64,000 nt of DNA from Euryarchaeota archaeon UBA86 (GCA_002503055.1 DAQX01000026.1:46071-110070); one strand, 5' to 3'; positions 35,910 through 45,725 are shown, counted from the stretch's first letter. Numbers and translations are program-made. Notes: generated by a model not told the origin, from the letters alone.

Positions 35910-37076
35910 ATGTTCATCTCCTTTGAGCCACCCGTAGACGGTATGCCTCGTATCTCATCACGGTATGAGGGACTTGGTGTGGGGTTCGCTCCATACCTGC
36001 AACCTCCTGGACCAGGAGTGGTCAGATGGACGGTAGGTGAGCCTGGATTCGATACTCCCGACGAGGTGATTGAGGAGACAATTTCGGCCCTCAAAGACGG
36101 CGAGACAAAGTATACTCGAGGCGCAGGCTCGATGGAGCTATGTCAAGCAGTATCTGACTACCTAGCTAAGCATCACGGTATTGATGTCGGTGCAGAAGAT
36201 GTGGTGATTACTCCTGGGGCCAAGCAGGCTCTCCTATACTCCTTCCTGATGACAACCATGCCCGGAGATGAAGCAATTCTACTAGCCCCCGCTTGGGCTT
36301 CTTATGAGCCGATGCTCAAACTAATTGGTGCGGTTCCGGTTAATGTGCCAGTACGGCGAGACAATTTCCATCCAGACATGGATGCAATTAGAGGAGCGAT
36401 AACCGACAAGACTCGAATGATTCTCATCAACTCCCCGTGCAATCCTACTGGGGCTGTATTTACTCCCGAAGAGTTGCAGGAGATTGTTGACATAGCAGTG
36501 GAGCATGATCTGTGGATTGTCTCAGACGAAATCTACGCGAGGTTGGTCTGGATGGATTATCCTCATGTCTCTCCTTACGCTCTACCGGGAGGAGGGGATC
36601 GGACTCTAATCGTCAATGGTTGGTCGAAGTCATGGGCCATGACTGGTATGCGACTTGGTTTCCTAACCGGTCCCTCCAATGCGATGAAATCCGGAGTCAA
36701 AAGTCAGGCCAACTCTGCCTCTCATGTCCCTACTTTCTTGATGCGAGCAGCTGCCGTCGCTCTAGGTTGTGATGACTCTGTTGAGATGTTCAATAGCGAG
36801 TATATCAAGCGCCGTGAGATAATGACAGATGGCCTCTCTGAGATTCCCGGTTTGAGGGTTGTCGAGCCTGAGGGAGCGTTCTATGTATTCGTCGATGTCA
36901 CAGGTACTGGGATGACTGACATCGAGTTCGCTGATGGGGCTTTGGAAGCGGGGGTTCAACTCATTCCAGCATCACTAATTACTGGTGGTGCTGGTTTCGT
37001 ACGCATCTCGTATGCTGCTGACGAAGAGGCAATTCACGAGGGTTTGCGCAGGCTGAAGGCTTGGCTACTTGATTAG
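35910..37076 (+). CDS. Class I/II pyridoxal-phosphate aminotransferase (aspartate aminotransferase-like)
   Basis: GEPGFDTP, NSPCNPTGAVFT, DEIYARL and the PLP lysine block SKSWAMTGMRLGF are present. The start is ambiguous (35901 TTG, 35910 ATG or 35943 ATG). Confidence 0.85.
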   Translation: MFISFEPPVDGMPRISSRYEGLGVGFAPYLQPPGPGVVRWTVGEPGFDTPDEVIEETISALKDGETKYTRGAGSMELCQAVSDYLAKHHGIDVGAEDVVITPGAKQALLYSFLMTTMPGDEAILLAPAWASYEPMLKLIGAVPVNVPVRRDNFHPDMDAIRGAITDKTRMILINSPCNPTGAVFTPEELQEIVDIAVEHDLWIVSDEIYARLVWMDYPHVSPYALPGGGDRTLIVNGWSKSWAMTGMRLGFLTGPSNAMKSGVKSQANSASHVPTFLMRAAAVALGCDDSVEMFNSEYIKRREIMTDGLSEIPGLRVVEPEGAFYVFVDVTGTGMTDIEFADGALEAGVQLIPASLITGGAGFVRISYAADEEAIHEGLRRLKAWLLD

Positions 37077-37111
37077 TCACCTTGAAATCGGCAAATCAAC
37101 GAGGTCTCCAT

Positions 37112-37486
37112 ATGGGCGGCGCTGATGCACGTGGCGGACATGTTGTCCTCGACTACATCCAATACTCGCCGCCCGTCGAGAGAGATGGTGATTGGATGCT
37201 ACAGTTGTTGAGGGACTGTGTCCATAGAGCTGGCGTCAGAGAAGTCCACTCTCATGTGGAGCAATTCGATGGAACTGAGAGTCCGCCTGGGTTCGCCGCT
37301 GTCGTGCTAATAGACGAGAGTCATGTCAGTGCGCACTGTTACTCCGAGAGTGGTCTACTGGCAATTGATATCTTCACCTGCGGAGATAGTGATCCGGTTG
37401 CTCTCGCAGATGACATTCATCGTGGGGTTGCGGAAGCTGTACCCAGAATTGAGTTGGCGGGAAGGAAAGTGCTCGACAGGTTCTGA
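37112..37486 (+). CDS. speH: Pyruvoyl-dependent S-adenosylmethionine decarboxylase proenzyme (SpeH type)
   Basis: VLIDESHVSAHCYSESGLLAIDIFTCG contains the ES self-cleavage site and the DiFTCG block. With ATG 37112 as the start, the protein is ~124 aa. Confidence 0.8.
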   Translation: MGGADARGGHVVLDYIQYSPPVERDGDWMLQLLRDCVHRAGVREVHSHVEQFDGTESPPGFAAVVLIDESHVSAHCYSESGLLAIDIFTCGDSDPVALADDIHRGVAEAVPRIELAGRKVLDRF

Positions 37487-37495
37487 GGTGTGTGT

Positions 37496-38443
37496 ATGTC
37501 TGTTCGTGACTTCATCGACAGCAACTATCGACACTTCAATTCTGGAGTGCTTGCTGACTGTGCATCCTCTCTGCGCTCTTTCCTAAAACAAGATGGTCGC
37601 CTAATGGTGACTCTTGCCGGTGCGATGTCGACTGCTGAGATTGGTAGGACATTAGCGCCTGCGATTAAGGCTCAGCGAGTGCATGCAATTTGCTGTACTG
37701 GGGCGAATTTAGAGGAGGATTTGTTTGGATTGTTGGCGCGTTCGAGCTACGAGAGTATAGGTGATTGGAGACAATTGACTGCTCAGGATGAGACTGGTCT
37801 GCTCGAGCGCGGAATGAATCGTATCACCGATGTAGCCATTCCCGAAGATGAGGCAATTAGAGGTGTCGAGGGTCCACTGATGGCTCTATGGGAAGATGCA
37901 GAAGCCGCTGGAGATAGTAGATTCCCTCATGAATTCCTATACGACTTGCTGTTGCATGGTAATCTGGAGTTCGATGGTAATCCTGAACATTCCTGGCTGA
38001 TGGCTGCAGCGGATGCAAACCTACCAATCTTCACTCCAGGATGGGAGGACAGTACACTGGGCAACATTCTCGCTGCTAGAGTTCTCGACTGTTCATTGAA
38101 AGGCCCGGGTATTGTCAAGGGCGGACTGGAGGCTATGCAGGCACTTGCGGATTGGTATAGAGAGGATGATTCGCCCACAGGTATGCTACAGGTCGGAGGA
38201 GGAATTGCGGGTGACTTTGCAATCTCCGTAGTTCCGATGTTGAGGCAGGATGCGAAAGTGGATGTGCCACTATGGGCTTGGTTCGCACAGATTTCAGAGT
38301 CTAGGCCCTCGTACGGAGGTTATTCAGGAGCACCTCCTAACGAGAAGATTAGTTGGGGTAAGATCTCAGAAGATACCCCTCGATTTGTGATAGAGTCGGA
38401 TGCAACTATCGTATTGCCACTATTATTGGCAGCTCTAGAATAG
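37496..38443 (+). CDS. dys: Deoxyhypusine synthase
   Basis: TLAGAMSTAEIGRTLAPAIKAQRVHAICCTGANLEEDLF and GGGIAGDF match the DHS family, and the size (~315 aa) fits. Confidence 0.85.
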   Translation: MSVRDFIDSNYRHFNSGVLADCASSLRSFLKQDGRLMVTLAGAMSTAEIGRTLAPAIKAQRVHAICCTGANLEEDLFGLLARSSYESIGDWRQLTAQDETGLLERGMNRITDVAIPEDEAIRGVEGPLMALWEDAEAAGDSRFPHEFLYDLLLHGNLEFDGNPEHSWLMAAADANLPIFTPGWEDSTLGNILAARVLDCSLKGPGIVKGGLEAMQALADWYREDDSPTGMLQVGGGIAGDFAISVVPMLRQDAKVDVPLWAWFAQISESRPSYGGYSGAPPNEKISWGKISEDTPRFVIESDATIVLPLLLAALE

Positions 38444-39676
38444 GTCAGCGTAGTTATCACACTGCTCGCTGATTCGAATGAGTTGGTTGTACTTCGCTGT
38501 GCGATCACTCCTGGCTGGAGCTCCGGTCTTGATCTGGCCAGCGTTGGTCCCTACTGCTAGGTCCGATATCATGTGATCAGAGGTTTCTCCAGAGCGGTGG
38601 CTGATGACGGTGGCAAATCCTGCTGAGCGAGCCATCTCGATTACACGCATCGTCTCACTCACTGTGCCAATCTGATTGAGTTTGATGAGAATTGCATTGC
38701 TAGCCCCCTCTGCTATTCCCTTCGATAGTCTGGTTGGGTTGGTCACATACAAATCGTCCCCTACCACTTGTACTCTGTGACCTTCCCTGATAGTGAACTC
38801 GGACCAAGCCCCCCAGTCGTCCTCCCCGAAGGCATCCTCGAGAGATACAATCGGATAGTTGTCAAGCCAAGACGAGTACAATTGGCCGAGTTCAGAACCC
38901 GACAATATATCTCCATCAATGTGGTAGCCGTCTTCTAAGCAGAACTCCTGAGCTGCGCAGTCTAGAGCGATTGAGACTTGATCTCCGGGGATATATCCAG
39001 CCCCGGTGATTGCGCTCAGCACGAGTCTGAGTCCGTCTTCATTGCGAGGAAGGTTTGGTGCGAACCCCCCTTCGTCTCCTATTCCTCCCAGTAGTCCTTC
39101 TTCCTTGAGTACTGACTTGAGTGAATGATAGATTTCCACACCCGCACGCAGTGCATCGGAGAACGAATTGAATCCGTGTGGAACTACCATGAACTCCTGG
39201 ATGTCTACATTCGAAGTTGCATGAGCCCCGCCATTGAGTATATTCATCTGTGGTACTGGAATACTACTCGGTCCATCTCCTGCTATATGCTCCCAGAGTG
39301 ATTTGGATGAGGCTGCTCTGAGGCATGCCATCGAAACTCCTAGCATTGCATTGGCGCCCAGTCTAGCCTTATTCTCTGTTCCATCGAGTGAGATGAGTAC
39401 GGCATCAATTCCTTCCTGATCTGTAACATCCATTCCAATCAATGCATCGCGAATCTCGCCGTTGACATTTGCAACAGCTGAAGTTACTCCTTTACCTACC
39501 CATTTGTCGCCGCCATCTCGTAGTTCAATCGCCTCGTAACTGCCAGTGCTGGCGCCCGATGGAACCGCTGCGCGTCCCTGTAATTGTCCATCTATGTAAC
39601 AGTCGACTTCTACTGTAGGATTGCCTCGTGAGTCTAGAATGGCTCGGGCGGAGAGGTCGCTGATAGCGCCACTCAT
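38435..39676 (-). CDS. eno: Enolase (phosphopyruvate hydratase)
   Basis: ILDSRGNPTVEVD, SHRSGETSD and IKTGAPARSDRTAKYNQLIRI are present. I chose ATG 39676; the ORF is open to 39706. Confidence 0.95.
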   Translation of the reverse strand: MSGAISDLSARAILDSRGNPTVEVDCYIDGQLQGRAAVPSGASTGSYEAIELRDGGDKWVGKGVTSAVANVNGEIRDALIGMDVTDQEGIDAVLISLDGTENKARLGANAMLGVSMACLRAASSKSLWEHIAGDGPSSIPVPQMNILNGGAHATSNVDIQEFMVVPHGFNSFSDALRAGVEIYHSLKSVLKEEGLLGGIGDEGGFAPNLPRNEDGLRLVLSAITGAGYIPGDQVSIALDCAAQEFCLEDGYHIDGDILSGSELGQLYSSWLDNYPIVSLEDAFGEDDWGAWSEFTIREGHRVQVVGDDLYVTNPTRLSKGIAEGASNAILIKLNQIGTVSETMRVIEMARSAGFATVISHRSGETSDHMISDLAVGTNAGQIKTGAPARSDRTAKYNQLIRISEQCDNYADLF

Positions 39677-39724
39677 TGATTCGGCGACCTGTCGTCTGCC
39701 TCTCAAGGTTGCGATTGTAGGAAA

Positions 39725-40258
39725 TCACGAGTTGAGCCAACTCAACCAACGAGCGACACGGCTCTGAACCTCTGGTACTTCCATCTCAGAGCGACAGTTG
39801 TGCTCCCAGCAAAGTTGCTCCTCAGTGGGAGAGATTGAGAATAATTCAGCGCGAAACAATACACCATCGTGCTCGCTACATTTCTCGCGGTTGTCATCCA
39901 CAAAGCAGTGCAGAAGATGCTTGGGGAAGTGTTGCATCTTACCGTTGGATGGGGAGCATAACATAACACTCCTCTCTAGGAATAGAAGTGAGTCCCCCGT
40001 ACTTGCATCAACCTCATGCCCAAGTATCTTAGTAGCGGTCAAGAGTGATGCGACATCGACATTGTACCACTGGGTCTGAGTCGATGGTATGTCAAGCTCT
40101 GAGACATCGTCGAGGTATTCCTGTACACGAAGTTGACTTGTCGTCTCCTCGCCCGACATCGTATACGGATTTACGCCATCCCATTTGAACGCAACTTTCG
40201 TGTTGTGTAGAAATATACTACAGATTCCGGAAAGATTTGTGAATCGGTTTTCACACAT
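39725..40258 (-). CDS. Hypothetical Cys/His-containing protein
   Basis: A 177-aa ORF with no recognisable family. It has scattered Cys/His residues (HLLHCFVDDNREKCSEHD, CWEHNC). The start is uncertain. Confidence 0.35.
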   Translation of the reverse strand: MCENRFTNLSGICSIFLHNTKVAFKWDGVNPYTMSGEETTSQLRVQEYLDDVSELDIPSTQTQWYNVDVASLLTATKILGHEVDASTGDSLLFLERSVMLCSPSNGKMQHFPKHLLHCFVDDNREKCSEHDGVLFRAELFSISPTEEQLCWEHNCRSEMEVPEVQSRVARWLSWLNS

Positions 40259-40302
40259 AGAGCACTCAAACTACAAATAAGGGTCTATTTTCGGCGCAAC
40301 CC

Positions 40303-40725
40303 ATGGTTGAGGTAGACAGTCTTGATAGAGCCATTTTAGGAGTATTACGTGACTCAGCGAGAGCGCCCTTTGTCGATATTGCAAAGCAGGTTGGAGTGAC
40401 CGAACGAACGGTCAGAACACGCATGCGCAGGTTGGAGGAAGAGGGGGTTGTCCGAGGCTATACAATCAGAGAAGCAGGAATCGGGCTTACCGCTTTGGTT
40501 CGGCTCAAGATTGGTCCAGGAACTGAGATTGGAACGCTTGCTGGGGAGTTCTCGGCATGGCCGGGTGTTGAGTGTGTTTACGAGGTTAGCGGGGATGCGG
40601 ATCTGGTAGCTGTCGTACATGTCGATGACACGGTGGCACTACGCGGGCTGCTCGATGAGATGTGGTTGGCTGCGCCGGGAGAGATTAGTTCGACACAAAC
40701 CGAGTTGGTGCTCGAGCAGTACTGA
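40303..40725 (+). CDS. Lrp/AsnC family transcriptional regulator
   Basis: LDRAILGVLRDSARAPFVDIAKQVGVTERTVRTRMRRLEEEGVVRGY forms the HTH, followed by a C-terminal RAM/ACT-like domain. Confidence 0.85.
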   Translation: MVEVDSLDRAILGVLRDSARAPFVDIAKQVGVTERTVRTRMRRLEEEGVVRGYTIREAGIGLTALVRLKIGPGTEIGTLAGEFSAWPGVECVYEVSGDADLVAVVHVDDTVALRGLLDEMWLAAPGEISSTQTELVLEQY

Positions 40726-41562
40726 TTACGGCTTTCGCATCAAGATTCTTTGGTAGGCCATAGAACCGCTCACAAAGCCCTCGTAGACGGGTGTTCCTTT
40801 CAGACCCGCAAAGGTCTCGAAACTTCTCCTTACGGACTTGGGTACATTGTCCTCAATTGCTTTCATCTTCTGTTCATTTATTTGATCTAGGGCTGTGATG
40901 ACTTCTTGTACCACATCAGTCGACTCAACTATCTCAAAGCCTTTTGACTGAAATAACCCGGGTAGCGATGCCATAGTATCAGCGTCTCGTAGGTCTGTCC
41001 AGCAGAACATCCCTCCTGTCCTGAGCACTCTGTATGCTTGCTCTACGAAGGCCGACATATCGCCGTAGCAATGAGAAGATTCGACATTGTATACAACATC
41101 GAAACACTCGTTTTCGAATGGAAGATCCTGGGCGTTACCTTCGATAAATTCTAGATTGGTCTGATTAGCATACCATCGCTTGCAATGACTGACTGCCTCG
41201 GCTGAGAAATCGACTCCTACCAATCTGACAGGGGAATGTGTCTTGGCGATCCAACTTGCTCCCCCTCCTCGGCCCGAGCCGACCTCGAGTACTTCTCGTC
41301 CTTCGAGATCGACGCCTCTGATATTCATCGAGTATAGTTGGATGAACATCCTATTGGGTTCATCTTCATTTTCGAGTTTGGGGCCATTGCCATCCTCGAA
41401 GCCGTAATTCATGAATTGGAATTCAGATTGATCATTCGCTTTGGCGAGTTTTTGATACCACCATTTCCACATCCGATTCTGGACTCTGGCTGGAGCGAAT
41501 CTCAGTATCATAACGAAGAATCTAGCAGGTAGACCCATCTTTTTGGGGCTTGCCACGCGCAT
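40726..41562 (-). CDS. Class I SAM-dependent methyltransferase
   Basis: Motif I is VLEVGSGRGGGASW, followed by the post-I and motif II/III pattern (VGVDFS..., FDVVYNVESSHCY, LRTGGMF). Confidence 0.8.
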   Translation of the reverse strand: MRVASPKKMGLPARFFVMILRFAPARVQNRMWKWWYQKLAKANDQSEFQFMNYGFEDGNGPKLENEDEPNRMFIQLYSMNIRGVDLEGREVLEVGSGRGGGASWIAKTHSPVRLVGVDFSAEAVSHCKRWYANQTNLEFIEGNAQDLPFENECFDVVYNVESSHCYGDMSAFVEQAYRVLRTGGMFCWTDLRDADTMASLPGLFQSKGFEIVESTDVVQEVITALDQINEQKMKAIEDNVPKSVRRSFETFAGLKGTPVYEGFVSGSMAYQRILMRKP

Positions 41563-41569
41563 GTGGCAC

Positions 41570-42124
41570 CTACATCTTCCACTTCACAGAGCAGCCGATA
41601 CTGTCCGTCCTCTGAACAGAAACTGAGTCTCCTGCAGCCACCTCGTCAATTGCATCTGCTAGTTCTGAGGTTGAAGCGTGGGATGGATCTCGTGGTGAGT
41701 CGTCGAGACGCCCACGGTAGACGACAGTGCCTTCGGAGTCTAGCATGTAGAATTCGGGGGTACGCTCTGCGCCGTATGCACTGGCAATCTCCTGACTTTC
41801 GTCGTGCAGGTATGAGTAGCCCATGCCGCGATTGGCTCGCTTGACCATGTTCTCCCACGAATCAGATTCGTAGTTGATTGGGTCGTTGGAATTGATTCCT
41901 ACAAACCCCATGCCACTGGAGGCTGCCTTAGCTGCGATATACTCGATTCTTCCTTCTGAACCCACGACATAGGGACAGTGGTTGCAGGTGAAGGCGATGA
42001 TGGTCCCGTTCTCGCCCATTGCGTCGCTCAGGCTCATCGATTCACCACCTATTGCTGGGTTGGCATTCGGTAGTTCGAATTGTGGTGCTGTATCTCCTGG
42101 CTCTATCCCTTTAGGTCCCGGCAT
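41570..42124 (-). CDS. Thioredoxin-fold thiol-disulfide oxidoreductase (AhpC/TSA / TlpA-like)
   Basis: APQFELPN...IIAFTCNHCPYV contains a CxxC redox motif in a redoxin context. I chose ATG 42124 to avoid overlapping the upstream TPR gene. Confidence 0.7.
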   Translation of the reverse strand: MPGPKGIEPGDTAPQFELPNANPAIGGESMSLSDAMGENGTIIAFTCNHCPYVVGSEGRIEYIAAKAASSGMGFVGINSNDPINYESDSWENMVKRANRGMGYSYLHDESQEIASAYGAERTPEFYMLDSEGTVVYRGRLDDSPRDPSHASTSELADAIDEVAAGDSVSVQRTDSIGCSVKWKM

Positions 42125-42150
42125 GATTCGGCGGGGGGATGGGAAGCAGT

Positions 42151-44451
42151 TCAACTCTCTGTCTGCGGCCTTGCACTGGGCGGTTCTACCGAGCCTTTGC
42201 ATTCCTCTAGTCTGCGGCGGGCCAAGCGGTGTTCTGGATCAACATCGAGTACCTTTCTCCATGCCGCCGCAGCGTCTCTGCTCTCGCCTGTCTCATGCAG
42301 TATTGCAGCTATCCTGAGCCTAGCATCAATATGATGGGGGTCGTTTGCTGCGGCGTTCTCGAAGTCTTGCTTGGCATCCTCAATCCTACCGAAGTCGAGG
42401 TATAGCAAACCGCGCTGGTACCATGCATCCGAATGAGTTGCGTCGATTTGAAGTGCGGCGTTGAGAGGTTTCTCTGCCTGCTCCGGTCGGCCTCTTGCAA
42501 TTAGGCAGGTCCCAAGATGAACCAGTGCCATCGTGTGCTCGGGCTTGTACTCCAATAGCGTACGAAGTTCGGCCCCCGCATCTTCCCAGTCGCCATTGCT
42601 CATCTGAATCTCTGCTCTCCTTAATCGAGCAATGTTGAGTTCTGGATATGCGGACACTAAGTGATCAGCATCATCGAGTGCTGATGCTAGATCTCCCTTG
42701 AGCAGCAATGCCGAGCAGCGGTTGAGTCTGGCACGAACATGTTCGGGTTCAGTAGCAATGACTCTGGAGAATAGTGAGATGGCTTCTGTGAGTCTGTTCT
42801 GGCGAGCTGCAATCAGCCCTCGAACAAATGGAATTGAATTGTGGTCATTGAGTAGGGTAGCTGCCTCAGCGATTAGTGTATCGGCCTGCTCAAGCTTTCC
42901 AATATCAAGACATAGTTGAGCTTCCTCAAGTGGTATTGATGGATGTTCGGGAATTAGTCTGCGGGCTCTAGTCAGTGCAACCTCTGCCTCATTGCTCGCA
43001 CCTTGGTAGCGAAGTGCTCTGGCCCGGCCTAGCCATGCAAGGCCGTTTTCTCTGTCTCTTTCTATCGCAGCATCAAATGCGACCATTGCATCGAGTAGAA
43101 TTATCTGGTCGTGGTTGCCTGTACTGTCTCGCTCAATCTCTGACTCAAGTAAGTGTAGTCTGCCATCCATCACATGCATTGCAGCGCTTTCCCAAGCCTC
43201 CGGAGGAGCTTCATCTAGAACCTTGCGAGACCAGTCTGGAGAGTCTGCTCTCAGCAGAACCAGGCTCAGTCGCGCCCTAGCCTCTGTATCTTCTGGGTTA
43301 GTCTCTAGGCGCTCTTCTAGTACTGCTCTAGCAGCGTCCAGTCTGCCGGTGTTCTCGAATATCTCGGACTCCAGTAGTACGCCATATTCTCCTAGTGATG
43401 TCGCCCTTCGAATACTCTGTAATGCCTCCTTGGTCCTCTCCTGATCTGCTGAGAGCAGTTTGGCTTGAAGCAACCATGCCTCACCGTTGTCAGGATTCGT
43501 TTCTATTGCCTTCTCAACTGATTCAAGGGCAACTTGAATCTCTCCAATTAGCAAGAGTTTTGCTGCTTTATCGAGCCAGCCTGAGGATGTTTCCGGGTCG
43601 ACTTTTGTCGGGTCAATCTCTGCGTTTACTTCCCGGGCCCGATGAACTATTTCTGAAATCTCGGTCTGAGCCAGAGTTGTGTCAAACTCAACCCCTATGG
43701 CATCAAGTCTGAGTTTGTTGCGTTCTGTCCTCTCATCATCAGTTCCTGTCAATAACAACGCCTGTTCCTTGAGAACTGCAACATCGTCCGGTTCTACCGC
43801 TAGGAGCCTCTCTAGTGTTCTGTCCAGCGCCTCGATATCGCCCTCTTCACGGTGAATCGCTGCAAGTGAGCGTAGTGCGTCTGCGTCTTCGGCGCTGAGA
43901 TAATGTGCTCTCTGATAGAAGTCGGAGGCTCGCATCTTACGATCGACTGCGTGGAATAGTTCGCCCATCCTGCGATGTTCGCCGCCGTTCAATTCGAGGT
44001 CTTCTGAGTGCATCTCCGACTCATTGAGTATCGCATCCAGTCGCTCGACCAAAGGAAGTAGACCGGGTACGACTTCCTTGTTGCCATCATCATCAGCTAG
44101 CCCGGGGTAATGATCTAGGATGGTCCGGGCAGCATGGGTTGCGATTGCCACTGCCTCGTTGGAGCTGATGTTGATTCCTTGCTGGAAGAGTAAGTCTTCT
44201 GCCGACTCAAGAGATTTGTGAGCATCTAGTAGTCCCTGAACCTCGGGAGTTTCGCTGAGTACTGTATCTACTCCTCTAGACAAAAGGTCTAGTCGTTGGG
44301 AAGTGTACGACAAATCGCCCTGGAGGGAGCCCATCTTCTCCCTCATCCTCTCACGCTGACGCAGCACCGCCTGGTGTCTGAGCCACAGAGTGAGTAGGGC
44401 TATGCCTAGGAGGGCGTAGAGTGCTAGAACACCCATTGTGATGTTTTCCAT
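42151..44451 (-). CDS. Membrane-anchored tetratricopeptide (TPR) repeat protein
   Basis: An N-terminal TM helix (GVLALYALLGIALLTLWL) is followed by many 34-aa TPR-like units (e.g. AWLGRARALRYQGASNEAEVALTRARRLIPEH, AWYQRGLLYLDFGRIEDAKQDFENAAANDPHH). Confidence 0.8.
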   Translation of the reverse strand: MENITMGVLALYALLGIALLTLWLRHQAVLRQRERMREKMGSLQGDLSYTSQRLDLLSRGVDTVLSETPEVQGLLDAHKSLESAEDLLFQQGINISSNEAVAIATHAARTILDHYPGLADDDGNKEVVPGLLPLVERLDAILNESEMHSEDLELNGGEHRRMGELFHAVDRKMRASDFYQRAHYLSAEDADALRSLAAIHREEGDIEALDRTLERLLAVEPDDVAVLKEQALLLTGTDDERTERNKLRLDAIGVEFDTTLAQTEISEIVHRAREVNAEIDPTKVDPETSSGWLDKAAKLLLIGEIQVALESVEKAIETNPDNGEAWLLQAKLLSADQERTKEALQSIRRATSLGEYGVLLESEIFENTGRLDAARAVLEERLETNPEDTEARARLSLVLLRADSPDWSRKVLDEAPPEAWESAAMHVMDGRLHLLESEIERDSTGNHDQIILLDAMVAFDAAIERDRENGLAWLGRARALRYQGASNEAEVALTRARRLIPEHPSIPLEEAQLCLDIGKLEQADTLIAEAATLLNDHNSIPFVRGLIAARQNRLTEAISLFSRVIATEPEHVRARLNRCSALLLKGDLASALDDADHLVSAYPELNIARLRRAEIQMSNGDWEDAGAELRTLLEYKPEHTMALVHLGTCLIARGRPEQAEKPLNAALQIDATHSDAWYQRGLLYLDFGRIEDAKQDFENAAANDPHHIDARLRIAAILHETGESRDAAAAWRKVLDVDPEHRLARRRLEECKGSVEPPSARPQTES

Positions 44452-44519
44452 CCAGCCGCAGCGGAACTGCACGACTTTTGATGGCTTCTGCGGATTCAAA
44501 GGCTGACGCGGCCATTGTA

Positions 44520-44538
44520 GGCGGGACTATGTCCCGCC
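44520..44538. terminator. Perfect 8-bp inverted repeat with a 3-nt spacer (GGCGGGAC-TAT-GTCCCGCC), 21 nt downstream of the dnaG stop
   Basis: Read directly from the sequence. It lies between dnaG and the next co-directional gene. No adjacent T-run is present, so a terminator role is tentative. Confidence 0.3.
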
Positions 44539-44558
44539 GGAAGACCGATTATTTCCAT

Positions 44559-45725
44559 TCAGATATTCTCTGTTGAGAAAGCCTGTACGCCGGCCTTTCG
44601 GGTTACGGTTCCTACTGAAGTTCCTAGCACATTTTCGATGCCGGCTCCTGAAGCCAAATCAAAGATTCGTGCAGTGACCTTGCCAGCGAAGACTAGGCCC
44701 TGAGCATTCTCAGAGGAGTTCAGTGCGGTCTCAAGGCTGCGTGCCCCGATTGGTTCCGAACCGGTCCCGTCCGATTGAACGATGACAGCTTGGTTGCGCT
44801 TCAGACCATCGAGCATTCCTGCCCATGCCTTGATTTCCTCGGGGGCCTCAAGTGCTTCCTGTCCACGCCCTACTGATCGATCGTCGTCAATTTTGATTTC
44901 CTTCTGGATTCTAGCGACTACCTTTCCGGCAGTCTCTTTCTGAGCCAGGGCCTTCGTTACGACCTTCATTTCGAGGTGTTCAACCTCTCGACTGGTCGGT
45001 GCGAAAGCAACATGTGTCAGGCTGTTTCCAAGTTCTCCACTAATCTCCATGAGTAGTAGTTTTCCGCCGCGGTCACCATCAAGGAAGGCTGTCACCGTCT
45101 TCTTGCCCTTGGCAAGTTTGGCTAGTTCCGGATTGATTCCGGAACCCATGGTGGCAATGGCGTTCTTGATGTCGTACTTCAGCAGGTTTCGTACATCGTT
45201 GCGACCCTCGACGATGATAATCGCCTCAGATTCACTGACGTTTGGTCCTGCGGTCATTCCTTTGTATTCAGATTCTTTCTCCAGATTAAGGACTGTGCGA
45301 ACCTCATCGAGGATGTTTCTCGACTCGTCGGCACCTGAGTTGACGATATCTAGCAGGAGTTGTTTGGCCCTGTCGATTACCGTATCCTTCTTGGCTGAGC
45401 GGATGTTCTCGATTCGCTTTACCTTGATGACTGACTTGCAGGGTCCAATCCTGTCGATTGTCTCCAATGCTGCGCCAATCACCGCGGTGCTAACTTGGTC
45501 AATAGAAGAAGAGAGTTGAATCTCCCCGTTCACCTTGCCCTTGTGCTGGTGTAGTATTACGTCGACATGGCCGATTCTTCCGGTTCGCTGCAGCTTGCGC
45601 AGTTGTAGCTCCTCACCGAGTAATCCCTCGGTTTGGCCGAAAATCGCCCCTACGACGTCTTTGCGCGCGACTGTTCCGTCTGTGCGGATTGTCGCGTGTA
45701 TCACGTATTTTCCTTCGTTTGTCAT
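44559..45725 (-). CDS. dnaG: Archaeal DnaG-type primase (Toprim domain; exosome-associated)
   Basis: KYVIHATIRTDGTVARKDVVGAIFGQTEGLLGEELQLRKLQRTGRIGHVDV is the hallmark archaeal DnaG N-terminus. The Toprim blocks IIVEGRNDV and FLDGDRGG are also present. Confidence 0.9.
   Translation of the reverse strand: MTNEGKYVIHATIRTDGTVARKDVVGAIFGQTEGLLGEELQLRKLQRTGRIGHVDVILHQHKGKVNGEIQLSSSIDQVSTAVIGAALETIDRIGPCKSVIKVKRIENIRSAKKDTVIDRAKQLLLDIVNSGADESRNILDEVRTVLNLEKESEYKGMTAGPNVSESEAIIIVEGRNDVRNLLKYDIKNAIATMGSGINPELAKLAKGKKTVTAFLDGDRGGKLLLMEISGELGNSLTHVAFAPTSREVEHLEMKVVTKALAQKETAGKVVARIQKEIKIDDDRSVGRGQEALEAPEEIKAWAGMLDGLKRNQAVIVQSDGTGSEPIGARSLETALNSSENAQGLVFAGKVTARIFDLASGAGIENVLGTSVGTVTRKAGVQAFSTENI

Noticed and set aside
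35700-36000. tRNA-Cys as an integration hotspot or border of a mobile element.
   Set aside because: I found no integrase, no transposase, no direct repeat of the tRNA 3' end, and no compositional shift in the flanking peptidase and aminotransferase genes.
35765-36094. A 109-aa minus-strand ORF.
   Set aside because: It lies on top of the well-folding tRNA-Cys gene (35800-35873) and overlaps the 5' end of the aminotransferase gene. Its translation is a low-complexity G/P/S-rich sequence.
41563-41858. ORFs at 41563-41844 (+) and 41646-41858 (-), and the long N-terminal extension of the thioredoxin-like ORF (to 42202) that overlaps the TPR gene.
   Set aside because: The thioredoxin-fold frame carries the CxxC motif. 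Its ATG at 42124 removes the overlap with the TPR gene stop at 42151. The other frames lack any motif.
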